Part shown: piece after piece, positions 14,353-27,029 of the stretch
Layout of the letters: each line of letters opens with the position of its first letter
Position numbering within the stretch: the first letter of the stretch is position 1
Source of the DNA: Lytechinus pictus
Lineage: Eukaryota
Length of the DNA stretch: 60,000 nt
Direction of reading: 5' to 3'
NCBI RefSeq assembly: GCF_037042905.1
Contig: NC_087246.1
Span: 3,846,001 to 3,906,000, forward strand
Made by a program: the position numbers and the translations under genes
The notes under the pieces: generated by a model
What the model was told of the DNA's origin: nothing
What the model saw: only the letters and a program-made list of their open reading frames with translations
Databases searched by the model: none

Positions 14353-14655
14353 GTATAAGATTGTACTCTTCACAAATAATTGTGATAACAGGCGGTTATT
14401 TTTTCTTCGTCGGGTGTGAATTTCAACGTAAACGAATTTTCACAAATTTTCCCATTAAAAAAACAACATAAGACACGCATACACGAATAGGAACATCTTA
14501 GTTTCGTTCAGATTATATTTCTAAGGCGGACCATTTATTTGTTATTTATTAAATGTTTTAAATTGAAACCTTCGTAAGAAGTGCAATGTGGCATTTGTTA
14601 AAAGTATATTGAATTTTGAAATATGACAATAAACTTGTTTCTGTCTTTTTTTCAG

Positions 14656-14742
14656 ATTGGTATCATGTGTTCACGCAGTGGTCCATTTTACCATTGCATG
14701 TTTTGTAATGTCCAGGACGTATCACGATGTATTCTATGCAGA
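14656..14742 (+). CDS. TLCD3: TLCD3 paralog 1 exon (87 nt, equivalent to exon 2)
   Basis: ttttcag acceptor, gtaagt donor; encodes LVSCVHAVVHF... Confidence 0.85.
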
Positions 14743-17271
14743 GTAAGTTATTCGTTCTCTCATATAATTTAATTTGATTTTATTAAATTTCATTATTTTC
14801 TTTAAGTCTGAGTCAGAGTAAATTCATCCCTATACCATAAGCATAATTAATAAAAGACATGAACGATTAACCCCTAATAACACACTTTTGGATTATTGTA
14901 CTAACCGTTTCGATTTCTCAAAACTTGCATGTCTTTCTTCGCAGATAATGTCCAGTTCAATTTCTCTATGTAACGATCTTGACAATGAATTTATCTGAAA
15001 TTGTAGATCCAAAAAGTATTCCAATAGGTCTTTCCTAGTCTCAACAATAATCATCAACAATACATTTCAAATGTTTCTCCCCGGTGTTTCTCATTGAATT
15101 ACTGTAAGAAATGTCATATTTCAATGTGATTTTTGTCTCAAAATTTTATACGAATTTTATATTGTATTCTTTCTTTTATCTCTGGTCATTGATTGTTTCT
15201 AGCTGCCTGTTATTAGATCAGCTATCCGTGTTTACCTTCGCCTACTGGATTTATGATGTCGTGATCATGTATATCTCTTATTGTCGGGAGAATCAGATGA
15301 TGAAAACACCATTTTTAATAACCTTAAGACCATTCCTAGGAGATAACCCATTGATCATCGTTCATCACATCGCAGTAGTTTTCGGAGGTTGCCCTCTTAC
15401 CTTGGTAGGTATGATGATGATGATGACGACGATGATGATGACAATGATAATGATGATGTTGATGATGATGTTGATGATGACGACGATGATGGCAATGATG
15501 ATGACGATGATTTTGATAATGAAAATGATGATGATGGTGATAATGATGATGATGACGATGATGATGATACTGCTGATGACGACGATGATGATGATGATAA
15601 TGATGACGACGATGATGAATATGATGATGAAAATGATAATGATGATGATTTTTATATTGATGATGATAATAATGATGATGAAGACAATGATAATGACGAT
15701 GATTGTATGTTCATAATGATGATGATGATGATGATGGTTAGGAGGAGGAGGATAATGATGTTAGTGATAATGAAGATGGTGAGGATTGATGTATTCATAG
15801 TATTGGAATTATGTGTCAGCATTCAGTAACGAAAAGAAAGTTTATTATCATCAGGATAGCAAATTATTATGCCCTTGTACATACTGTATACGCCTTCGCC
15901 TGAAGCTGATTAACTTTCTTTTCAATTCTATTTTCTCCATCATTAATTTTCCCTTCCATATAGCACTACCGGTTCGGTAAAGCAGCCTTCATGATCTCGT
16001 GTGTGCATTTTACTGAATTAAGCGCTCCGTTTCTCAACATCAGGAAGATTTTTATAAGGGTAAGTAGATAAAATGAGTACTCTGAGTAATTTGATTAGTT
16101 AATCACTGATTCGGGAAATATGTGAAGAAATTGTTGACGTCATTTGGTTTTGTTTCTTCACAAATTTTAGTGCCTTGGTGATCAAAGAAATGAACTAAAA
16201 TATAAACGTATATATGTATATACGTGTGGGAAATCGCATGTACAACTGTATCTTTTGATAACAATGGTGTGAATAAATGGGAATAAAAAACAACATGGCA
16301 TACATTTACTTTTGTCGAAGATTTTATGCAGACAACCATGGTTAGAAATTAGACAGGCTTTGTTAGATGTGATAATATCCAACTGAAATACTGTGAAAGA
16401 AATTACTTTTTTAAATTTATTTAATTGCAGTTTTAGTTGCAGGCTGATCTGATACTCCCAAACAGAGACTTAATATGACAAAGTAAATTTTGAAATTTAG
16501 TAACCAATTTTTGAAGTAGAGCCATTTCATAATAAAAGGGATATCATAATCGTTCAGTTGTCCATTTACCTCAAATACGATCAAGTTGAAATGGTACTTA
16601 ATTGCAAGAATATTTTGTTTAAACTTCTTTGAAGCGTTTAAAAACTATTCATTAGAATTCTGGATTAATCATTTTTGGTTAACTTGCGTATGGGCCATTG
16701 CAAAATTCCCCCAAATATTAATACTAATAGTTGTTTTTCAAAATTACATTTTTTTTTCAAAACCTTTAGGCCTGTTGGTTTGTCTGAGCTTTCAACGCAT
16801 CAAGCTAGGAAAATAACCTTCATTGCTTATTTAGGAGCTTGAACAATATCTATTCAAAATCCCCTTACATGTTTTAATATAACTCACTTCTTGTATATTT
16901 TGTCATTTTCTTCCTAGCACGGTTACACGAAAAATCTTGTATTCAAGATCAACTCTGCTATCGCCGTGGTAACCTTCTTTATCGCAAGAATCGTTCTATT
17001 CCCCTCCATATACCTCATCTATGCCTACACATACAATCAAACTCTGTGGGAGGTGGCTAAGTCCATGTATTTTGGATGCCATTTTGTCATGTTTTTGGTG
17101 ACGGTGTTGCAGACGACGTGGTTTGTTATTTTCCTGAAGACAGTGACAAAAGATCGCACGTCTAACGTCTTCGTGAACGGTCGTCAACAGAACGGACATC
17201 GCAGTGCAGACCAAAATGGCTACCAAAATGGTCGTGATGTTGGGTATCCTAAGATGAAAAAATCAGAATAG
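14656..17271 (+). CDS. TLCD3: TLC domain-containing protein, TLCD3/FAM57 family, paralog 1 (5'-incomplete; exons 14656-14742, 15203-15404, 15964-16059, 16918-17271)
   Basis: All four exons have canonical AG/GT boundaries and join in frame: (R)LVSCVHAVVHFTIACFVMSRTYHDVFYAD / CLLLDQLSVFTFAYWIYDVVIMY...IIVHHIAVVFGGCPLTL / HYRFGKAAFMISCVHFTELSAPFLNIRKIFIR / HGYTKNLVFKINS...FFIARIVLFP...LQTTWF...KMKKSE*. These match FAM57 motifs (RLVSSVHA, YD, HH, ELSTPF, R, QxxWF). Confidence 0.88.
15203..15404 (+). CDS. TLCD3: TLCD3 paralog 1 exon (202 nt, equivalent to exon 3)
   Basis: tttctag acceptor, gtaggt donor; contains YD and HH motifs. Confidence 0.85.
15411..15790. repeat. (GAT)n-rich microsatellite directly after the exon donor
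   Basis: Direct reading; produces spurious poly-M and poly-D ORFs. Confidence 0.95.
15964..16059 (+). CDS. TLCD3: TLCD3 paralog 1 exon (96 nt, equivalent to exon 4)
   Basis: atag acceptor after pyrimidine tract, gtaagt donor; TELSAPF motif. Confidence 0.85.
16918..17271 (+). CDS. TLCD3: TLCD3 paralog 1 last coding exon
   Basis: ttcctag acceptor; overlaps ORF 16966-17271; TAG stop; ends KKSE. Confidence 0.87.
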   Translation, partial: HGYTKNLVFKINSAIAVVTFFIARIVLFPSIYLIYAYTYNQTLWEVAKSMYFGCHFVMFLVTVLQTTWFVIFLKTVTKDRTSNVFVNGRQQNGHRSADQNGYQNGRDVGYPKMKKSE

Positions 17272-17603
17272 GCAGGTTATGATTAAGTTGCGTCTGCATA
17301 TCGGTCCAACTTCGTTTACGCTTTGATATTTTATATCTCATTGAGTATGATATACACAGTAAGTTTTATTATTTTAAAAAGATGATGAGAATAACAGTTG
17401 CACGCAGCTGATCCCATTCATCAAGTCATTTTTGGCTGGTTAGTTTGAGTGATGAGTGAGCTAGGCTTATAGTCACTTTTAGCCTAATTATTGTGTGAAA
17501 CGAAGTGCTTGTTTTTAATGTCAGATATTGGTGTCTTTTTCACAACACTGTGAGACTATAGATCAAATGTAATACTAAGAAACGTAAATGTCATTTCACA
17601 ACC

Positions 17604-17609
17604 AATAAA
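17604..17609 (+). promoter_or_regulatory. candidate polyadenylation signal of TLCD3 paralog 1
   Basis: AATAAA about 330 nt after the stop codon. Confidence 0.4.
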
Positions 17610-19321
17610 GCGTTATTTTTACAGCGATCATTTCCATTAATCGGCTTCAAGTGTGCATTTTTCAAATAATTATGATGAATCAGTATAATATTGGCCCGTA
17701 TGACATTATTTTGATAAGAGAAATATAGATAATCTCCTACTCCACTCTAGAAACTGTAACTACCCAATAATATTCAAGTGGCTTTGAAACTTTGGTTTAA
17801 AACCAAGATGACAAATCCATGCTAGGCAAACCAGGTCAAGCAATGTGTGTGAGGGTGGGTAGATTTTTTGTTTATTTCGCAACCCATGCAAAGGCAAGAC
17901 TATTTACGATATTTTTCGAGACACATTTTCATGATGACAAGGGTATAGGGAGGGGTGGGGCAAGTAGATGTTGGTTTCGTTGGTGTGATCGAAAAGAAGT
18001 CTAAATGACCAAATGAAATATCAAAACTAAAACTATCAAACAATGTTTTTAAAAAGCAAACTATTATCCTTGTGCAAAAAAAATCACGAAACATTGCTAA
18101 ACTCCTCAAAATCTCACTTCCTGGTTGGTTGATGATGACATGTGAATCCAACTGTCAACCTTTGTAGGTGATCACTCATGAAAATGCTTTATCGAATCAG
18201 TTAACGACAGAACTGGGCTATAAAGGTAATTTAGATTTCAAAATAGGCTTCTGGAGGCATGACAGAAGTGGTGTCAAAAGTGGGGGAGCAGGGACAACGC
18301 CCCTATATGTTTTTTTTTAGTATAAAAAGGAGGAGAAAAATTTGACAAGGAGAAGAAAAGGTTAACAACAAAATAAGGAAGAAAGGAAAGGTTTGGGCTG
18401 TAAAATTTATAATACCGCGCTGATTCAGTTGAGAACAAATATGACGTCATGTTTAGGCCATCTTGCCCCCCCCCCATCATGATTTGGCCATGTAAAGGAG
18501 GTTTTTAACTCTTTAACATATCAGAAAGATTGCAGCTCTATCATCGTGATCATGATCAGTTATATGATTTTAATTTATGTGTAGTATATATAATAGTGGT
18601 GCCGACTGACTACTTTGGTATTAATAATGTATTACAATGTGTGTTTGAATACCTCCTGATTGGCCTGCAATGCGATTTTGGAAAACGTTATGCCAATTTT
18701 CATGTGAACGTTTGAACATGAAACTTCCTTTCATAGTGTTGAATCGGTATGGATAATGAAGTTTAAATCCATGACTATTGCAACACTAATTGTTTAAAAA
18801 AGTCGAATTCAATAGCTAACAAAATCGTTGACATCATAGATTGGATTTGATTTGAAACAATTTGTTCTTTGAAATCTTAGACTAAACCTTAATTCATACA
18901 TGATTATGTTAGTGTTGTTATCATTTGTGGTGACATTAATTTAACCGGGACTTCAAAAAAAAGAAATGAAAATTCGAATGGAAATCTTCAGGTTTTTTAT
19001 TATTTTTTATATATTCGAAGACAGAAGCAAATCAAATAATCCATGTCAACTTCATGGCTTTACTGTTTGGAAAAATAAGAAATTTACTTTTTTTTATAAT
19101 CAAGTAATTCGTGAAATCATGTGTAGCGTTATGAACCTAACTTTATATTTATTTTTATTTGTTATTTTCATCCGGTCTTCCATTAAGCATCCATAGATTT
19201 TCCATTTTAACATTTTAGAAGAAAATTATGGTGCAATATATACGACTTTGTTGAATTGACAAGATTTGTATGCAATTGGAATAGACATTATAAAAGTATG
19301 GAAGTTGGTTGGAATTTGATC

Positions 19322-19492
19322 CACTCTAAAGAAAATGAAGTGCTAATTTAGCACTTAATGTCCTTGCATAGCGACTTTACTTTGAGTGCTGATTTTCTAG
19401 TTCAAATTTGAATGACTAAATCAGCACTCAAAGTGCAGTCACTATATTCAAGGACTTTAAAGGCTAAAATTAGCACTTCATTTTTTAGAGTG
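19322..19492. mobile_element. short MITE with CAC termini
   Basis: CACTCTAAAGAAAATGAAGTGCTAATTT...AAATTAGCACTTCATTTTTTAGAGTG. Confidence 0.75.
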
Positions 19493-20519
19493 TATAGTAT
19501 TTCCAACATATTTGTAAATATTAGTGTCAGTTGTGTGAATACCAGTATTAAATAACCGAAGAATTCATAATGATATGCAACTCTTATGGATGATAAGAAC
19601 AAGGTTTGAATATAATGGATTTACATTAAATCCGTAAAATAATTATTGACAAATATACTGCGTGATACTAATACCTTAGATTTTCTTTCGTTATACGCAG
19701 TTGCAATAGAAGTTAGAAGAAGAGTAAGAGTGTAATTGTGGACAATTTTTTATTGTATATTTTGTGTGTGTGTTTGAAACAAATTCAGGGCGGTTTATAT
19801 CTGCACTATAGTAAATCGCTTCGCTAGAAATTATTGCAATGTATTTTATTGAAACTTGACATTATTATCATGGACAAAATGATCTTGGGAACAAATTGTC
19901 TAAGCTTATTGGCTGTATAAAAAGCAACAATAACTGATTGGAATTATTAATTATATGAGAGGGATTCTGCACGCCTCCCCATCTCCCATTTAATATTTGA
20001 AAAGACATTTATTTCTGGGACTGTATTCAAGAGAATCGTAAAATGTATGCCAGATTTTATACGATTGAGCCCCAATATAAGTTTAATGTTGCATCCGTTA
20101 TGCAAGAATGGAAAAAATGTAGGGATGATCGCTGATATTGCCATAAAACCAACGAATCAAATTAATAGAATGGTGCAATGTTGAGTATACACACGGGAGG
20201 GATATGGGGAATGCTGCACTGTTTGGGGGGCTAGAGATGCTATGTTGATTTCAGCATAATTCACGATGCAGAAAACTCAATGAATCCTGTCTGCCTTTTA
20301 AACAATCGACATGTTAAGTTGATTAGTTTTCAGGAAATTATTGGAATGAAAATTTCTGTTTATTGCAGGGTAAACTTTTATTCGATGCAATATGCTTTTA
20401 ATATTACAATTTCTAGAAAATGTTAAATGTTATTTGTGTCGAACTTCATGTATGTAAACGTTTGCCCGACATAACAACACGTAATGTATATGGAGACTAG
20501 ATTCCGAAGAGCAGGTTAA

Positions 20520-21044
20520 AGGAGAATGAAACCCTTGGAACAAGATATCTTGTGTGAAAACAGACAAATCAAAGAAAAAATATCAATCAAATTTTCATTA
20601 AATACATCATAGACAAACAAATTTTACGATAATTATATAAGGGTATATTCAGTGTACTATAGTAGAGAGTTGTATTTGCGTGACATCACCAATTTTGTCG
20701 CATTGCTAATTGAAGGATGTTCCATAGCATTACTGATCTCGACATTCATGATCATAATTTTCTTATTGTTCGTCCAATTATTCTGTTTTGTTATACCGAG
20801 GTTGTTTTACCTGACTGCTGAGAAAGCACGAATGCCTGTGAGCAAGCAACCAGGGGACCAACGGCTTAATGTCCTCTCCGAGGGACCTGGTAATGAGGAT
20901 AAATGCCTTACCAAAGGGCACTAGCGCACCACTTGGGAATCGAACCCGGGTCACCGAAATCCGAAACCCCCGCTCTACCGACTGAGCTATCGCGCCTCAT
21001 AAAATTTCATACAGACAAACTTGTTATGAGGGTTCCATTCTCAT
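20520..21044. mobile_element. Kolobok-like MITE containing a nested SINE
   Basis: TTAA-AGGAGAATGAAACCCTTGGAACAAG ... CTTGTTATGAGGGTTCCATTCTCAT-TTAA. Confidence 0.7.
20795..20998 (-). mobile_element. tRNA-derived SINE
   Basis: Minus strand GAGGCGCGATAGCTCAGTCGGTAGAGCG (A box)...GGTTCGATTCC (B box), followed by a non-tRNA body GTGCCCTTTGGTAAGGCATTTATCC... Confidence 0.8.
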
Positions 21045-21329
21045 TTAATGATAACTTTCTAGATTCCTAGAACAAGAGCATCCAATGAATTTAAGCATTG
21101 ACCAGGTCCATGCGTAAAATCCATTCATAAAACCTGAATTTTGTTTTTAACTTAACCCCTATATTATTGACCTCAATGAGCAACGGTATACAGGTGGTAA
21201 GGTTTTTGAGAATGTGGGACGTGGTAATGGCGTACCTTGCATATATATTGGTATATTATCCCCCTCCTGTATTAGTTATTTCTATTTGTTTTTATAACAA
21301 TAGTATTTTCATATGGTTTATATAATATA

Positions 21330-21530
21330 GGGTATTTATATTGCGCACATATCCACCTTGTTAGGTGCTCAAGGCGCTCCTATATTACCCGGCTAAGCTA
21401 GGCGTTCATAGCGCACACAGCTTTTTAAGGAATTACTTCCTACCGGTACCCATTTACCTCACCTGGGTTGAGTGCAGCACATTGTGGATCAGTTTCTTGC
21501 CGAAGGAAATTACGCCATGGCTGGGATTTA
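21330..21530 (-). mobile_element. 5'-truncated SINE (central domain plus L2-like tail)
   Basis: Minus strand CCTTCGGCAAG...ACCCAGGTGAGGTAAATGGGTACC...GCGCCTTGAGCACC...GCGCAATATAAATA; a related fragment lies near 32340. Confidence 0.65.
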
Positions 21531-21819
21531 ATGGATATTTAATGGATACGGGATGGGTCGCCGTGTTTCAGTCATTTATGAATTTATATTTAACCTATAA
21601 TACCTGACAAAGTTTTATGAAATACACCGGGGATGTAAAGAGATAAAATGAATATTTATTTATTAATTTGTTTTCGCATGTCATGACAATGTACACACTG
21701 TGACCATCACTAAAGTGAAAAAAAAATTACATACAAGATATGTACATATATGATCATTTACATTGTTCGAAATTGGCAAATAAGCAGCGGTATGATTATA
21801 AACAGATGCTTGAGCCATT

Positions 21820-22511
21820 GGGTCAGATGCATAAAGAGTAGCAACTGCTGGCAAGCAATTGCTTCAAGCAAAAGCAATAGCCAGCCAAACAAAATATGCT
21901 ATAGCAATTGCTTTATTCCATATGCGTAAGCCTAACCCTTTGCTAGTGCTTGAACCATTTTCTTGCCTTCAGAAAGCAATTGCTAGCGGTTTGAACAATA
22001 ACGACATCGCGCTGGTGCGAACGCGACTCACAGAACAGGCAGGACTCGAACGCAAAGGTGTGGCATTGCAAATTGTCACTTCTTTCATATAACATCTTTT
22101 CCTCACAGGTGGTGTCAAACTAACTTGTTTCTTTTTGATAAATGTATGTATTTGACATTCTATCTACACTTATGAGGAAGAAAATATGTACATGCTGCAT
22201 ACGGTACACCTTAGGGTTCTCTCTCAGGTGCATAAACTTGATTAAAAAACGCGAACGCCCTGATCAAGCATACGCTCAAGCTGCTCTGACGGAGCTTGAA
22301 AAAACCCAAGCAAATGCTTAAACGCACAAACGAAATGTTCGCTTTATGCATACGCTTTTTAGCAATTTAGCTTAATCGTCAAGGAAATGCTAGCAGTCAG
22401 TTAGCGATTGCTTGAACTTACTAGTAAAAGCATTTTCTCACTTATTTGTATGCATACGGAATCAAGCAAAAGCCTAAAAAAAGCAATTGCTACTTTTTAT
22501 GCATCTGACCC
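21820..22511. mobile_element. PIF/Harbinger-like MITE
   Basis: TIR GGGTCAGATGCATAAAGAGTAGCAA...TTGCTACTTTTTATGCATCTGACCC; 3-bp TSD ATT; AAGCAATTGCT subterminal repeats. Confidence 0.85.
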
Positions 22512-24301
22512 ATTTTCACACCTTTTGGCAATTTATAATTGATGTGAACTTTTTGTTCATGTTTTGCCATAGACTATTCGTTCAATATTCTTATTGTACA
22601 ATGGATTGTTTATTAATCTCCCTTTCCAGTGAATGGATCATGATCCGAAACATCCGTCGTTGCATGTATATTTCAACCAAGTTGTAGTGTGACAGTGCAT
22701 GGGGCGTGGTCCGTAAGCGTTTTTTGTTTCTCTTACCTTAAGGGTAAATCATAAATTAATATAAATAGAGTTTATTTAGTCAGACCACGCCTCATGAATA
22801 TTTATGGTATACATGGAACAGAATATACCGTAATTTCCATCGCATCTATCAGTTCTACTTGTGTGGCGCGATCGGTAAAATGATGCGCAAGGTAAAATCT
22901 CTTCTTGAACGGTTTTTCAAAGTTTTCATTTTTTATCAATAATTGAGGCAATACTGAAATATACAAGTGCAAGATTTGTAGTCTGATTCAGAATTCCAAA
23001 ACAGAGTTGGCCCTTATCGAAAGTGGGGGAAAAACACGCGACCCGTGACTAATAGTAATGTGACCTCTTTGGGCAGGTAGATGCATGGCTGTATAATTCA
23101 CGCTCTGTCTTTGTTCTATCCCTTTTAAGGAGGTAAATTAGCTCAGAATGACTGTCGAAAGTTTATAAGCATGCGGAGTTAGGTTCAATAAGGTGTTCTA
23201 ATGATCAAAACCAATAAAACTGCAACAGAAGTATGCGAAAAGTATCACAACAGTGGCGTATTATAGCCATTTCAATGATTTTCAGGTAATAGAAATGACC
23301 CCCGGGAGAGAAATGATAGTAACTTTGTTTTAAACTAGCTCGGAAGCATATCGCCTTTGCCATTATGTTTCAACATGAAGGGCCATGTTGAGGATATTAT
23401 TCCATTCGTCATACACATGGATCAGTGGGAGAGAGATATTGATGGAAACGTCTTGCCAAAATGAATTGGTGCTGAATCTAAGATTCGAACCCTGTCCATC
23501 TTAGACTTTTCCAGAAAGAAAGTGTCATATTTAAAAGGCCAAACCCAGTACCCTAAAAAGGTTATTCGAGTCAACAGTTGAAAATTTCATCAATATCGAG
23601 TGTAAATAAAGAAAGTTGACTTTTTACACTCTAACTTGCATGGATATTTATACGAAATACAATTCCATTATGTCAAGATATGAAAAATGTGTGTATCTTC
23701 TCTTAGCACAAGGAAGGGTAACCATTCGTTCGTAAAGTTGAGCGTAACTCGTGAACTGCTTACAATTGACAGATTGACAAGACCACCATGGCTGTATGCA
23801 GACATTTGTTTTCTTGGTGGACAAGTATTCGAAGATAAAATGTCACTTTTCCGTTTCAATTGAATTCAAGTAAAACTGTGGTAAACATTCCATTTAAATC
23901 ATTTGAGCCCACCCCGCCCGAAATTGATATAAATATGGAATTTCTAAGGATATGGACATATTATTGAAAGCCCAAATATTGTGTTTACTATACACGATAC
24001 CATATTTTTGATATGTGCCTTCTGTATATGTTTGTCATTATTAGTCCATAATATACTATGAACTGAAATGTTTGTCTTTTAATTTACTTTTTTCTCACGA
24101 TTTTGATTTTAAGTTTTATATTTTTATCAACCACTGTCAATCTTTGTTGTGAATATAAGATTAAATGAAACTAAGTTCAACAGTAATTATTTTGTGTATT
24201 CCTTTATTTTTGAAATTGATGTTGAAAAAGGCAGAGAACAATGCGGATGGTACTTGGATTTAAGAAGGGGGGACACAGGATGTGGTTTAATTTCTCTTTA
24301 A

Positions 24302-24830
24302 GGGGTACTCCAGGCTGAAAATATGATTTTAACAGGCTAAGAAAAATCAAACATTAACACTGGAAATTTCATCAAAATTGGACAAAGAAGAAAAGTCAAA
24401 AGATTTGTATAATTTCAGAGAAACAGTTTTATGCATGTCTTCATGAATGATCAAAGAGCAAATTTATATCATCATATCCCCACTAACTTGTTCTTTTGTA
24501 TTTTATTACACGATACTATGTTCATTTAAATTTTGTCCTCCAAGAACTAAAAAAATGGATTGACAAATGATCGAGTGCATTAAATATTCATTGACGCAAC
24601 TTAATTCATAAGGGAGACATATCATACACACATTTATGATGATATGAAATAATTTGGGATTTGACATCAGTCCACCTGTTGAATATTCATGGCAACATGC
24701 ATATAACTGATAAACTTTAAAATTCAATAACTTCGTTATTTGTAGTCAAATTTTAATAAAATTACAGCGTTTTGCTCAAAGAATTTCTCTATTTATTTAG
24801 ATATAATAATTATCAGCCAGGAGTATCTTA
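24302..24830. mobile_element. degenerate Kolobok-like MITE related to 10006-10596
   Basis: TTAA-GGGGTACTCCAGGCTGA ... TCAGCCAGGAGTATCTTA-TTAA. Confidence 0.7.
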
Positions 24831-25683
24831 TTAAATCACATTCTGAAATGGCCAAAGTTTCAAACAAGAAAATAAACAGGGGGTGTCAATTTGGGGGATA
24901 GAATGAGTTCCTAGGCTTCACCTCCAAATGATCAACAACTGACTTAGTTGACATTCAGAAAACCAAACCTTATAACAAGTAATTACTCTGAGCAAAATAA
25001 GAGGTGTACAATCAAAACAAGGTCATACATCATATCATTTATTAGTAATCCATATAACAAACATGTACATCATCATAATCATAAGATACACAGAAAATTT
25101 CAAACATTATTGCATAAAGTTTTGTTAAATAATTCAGTGGGTATCAATCAGTATTTACAAGTGAAATTAATTCCATGACATAGAAAACAGGGAAAGTGCC
25201 AAAATTTGTAATCCAAAGGAATGACTCCTACACTATAAATATTTGGTGATTCCAATCAATATTAGATTATCATACATCTCAATATTACTCATAATGTATG
25301 CACCATGTCACAGATAACCAACAAAAAGCTTTATCAAATGGTCCACTGATTATAGTAATTCCACTGAACAAGATTTGAATTGAGTTTACTATATACATAT
25401 TCTATAGACCTGAGCTGGAGTTATGTCGCACACATAGCTAAATGGATCAAGTATCTAAACAGAACAACCATATCATCTCTATAAGATGCTTGTATAGAAA
25501 CACGGACAGTGACTAGCTTTTCAAGTGTTTTCAAGGAATGCTGAGTAATAATACCGTGAAAGACCTATCGGTAATACATGTACAAACTTTTCAATTCAGC
25601 ACAATACTATCTAAAATTCATAACTTAGCTTTGATTTTCCTTATTCTGAATATGAATCAAGTACATGTGATTAATTGATTTTT

Positions 25684-25949
25684 GGCCCATCTTACAAAGA
25701 ATTACGATTGATCCGATCGACCTCAACTGTATGGAAATCCATCAACATAATTTTTTTTCTACATGAAAATTGCACAATGTCCTTGTAAAGAAAGTGAAGC
25801 TCACTGAATTTTCAATAAAACTATGATTGAATGTATGAATATACATCATCTCTAGAAAATATTTTTAACAAACATGCAGTTTAGATGTTGCTGGCTTTCC
25901 ATAGTTGTGGATGATTGGATCAATTGCAAGCCTTTGTAAGAAGGGGCCC
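25684..25949. mobile_element. MITE (Harbinger-like)
   Basis: GGCCCATCTTACAAAGAATTACGATTGATCCGATC ... GATTGGATCAATTGCAAGCCTTTGTAAGAAGGGGCCC. Confidence 0.75.
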
Positions 25950-26747
25950 TGGTCAATCCCTACAAGCTCTGCTACATTTTACAGGGAAGCCAAACATAGC
26001 CAATTTTATTGTGGTTTGGATTTCAAGGGCAACACATTAAAATGCGAAACAACTGCAAAAATGAGATCTGCCAGAAGAAAGATGTGACAATATCTATATA
26101 GCTCATCATTCCACGAAACATAATGGCAGTAAGGAATAGAGGGCAGTATATCATAATTCATATTGGGCATTTTATGATATAGTGTGTACAAATTACAATC
26201 CAGCTTTGTTTATGGGTAACAAAATGGCATCTACTTCTTTCTTCTTCATTTTTTTTTTTTTTTTTTTTTTTGGGGGGGGGGGGTGCTAGCATATAAGTGA
26301 TATTGTGAACAACTGTAACCATGACCACTTAACACAAATCTTAGGGCTGATTTTGCAATAGATAACATGATGATGAGAAATCAATCATACAAACCAACTC
26401 TACAATTGATCCCTATTGGGTTATGGGCAAGTTACAAAACAAAAATATAATACCCAGGAACCAAAGGATTACAAAACACAATGACTGCTATTCTATGATC
26501 TATTAGTGTTATCCGATACCATCTCATATAAGTTTCATTTAACATGATTGAATATTTTGTTTTTATTAAAATTAACAAAATATCAAATTCTTATCCAAGT
26601 TGATCTGAAATAACCTTTGTAACCTGATAACTGTCAATTATTTTTATCCATGTTTGATATAATACTACTAATGTAAAAATTAACATAAAAAATCAAAATC
26701 TTCACATTTGTTTTGTTTTTTGAAGATTGACATCAATTTATTGACCT

Positions 26748-27021
26748 CAGTGACGTAATGAGCCACAATTTTGAGGGGGCCAGATATGGCGTATCAGGCC
26801 ATTTGTAAAAAACAAAACAAAAAAAGGTGCGAGCAGTGACAAAAAAATTTGACACTTTAATTACAAAAATCAAATTTTGTGATTGATTTGGACATAATAT
26901 TCAGAAAATAATGCAAAATTTCACCCTCTCTCTCTTTCCTTTTCTTTTCTCTTTTTTGTTGTCTTGGTCAGAACTTTTTTTTTGAGGGGGGGGGGGCTGG
27001 GCCCCCATCTGTATGCCACTG
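26748..27021. mobile_element. hAT-like MITE (related degenerate copies at about 1661-1922 and 3678-3970)
   Basis: CAGTGACGTA...TATGCCACTG termini; flanking 8-mers ATTGACCT / ATTGGCCC (6/8 match). Confidence 0.7.
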
Positions 27022-27029
27022 ATTGGCCC

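Noticed and set aside
15389..15829. 146-aa poly-Asp ORF resembling an acidic biomineralization protein
   Set aside because: Alternative frame of an intronic GAT microsatellite; no signal peptide and no ATG-based gene structure
20925..20998. tRNA gene
   Set aside because: Acceptor stem pairs poorly, no terminator follows and the sequence continues into a SINE body
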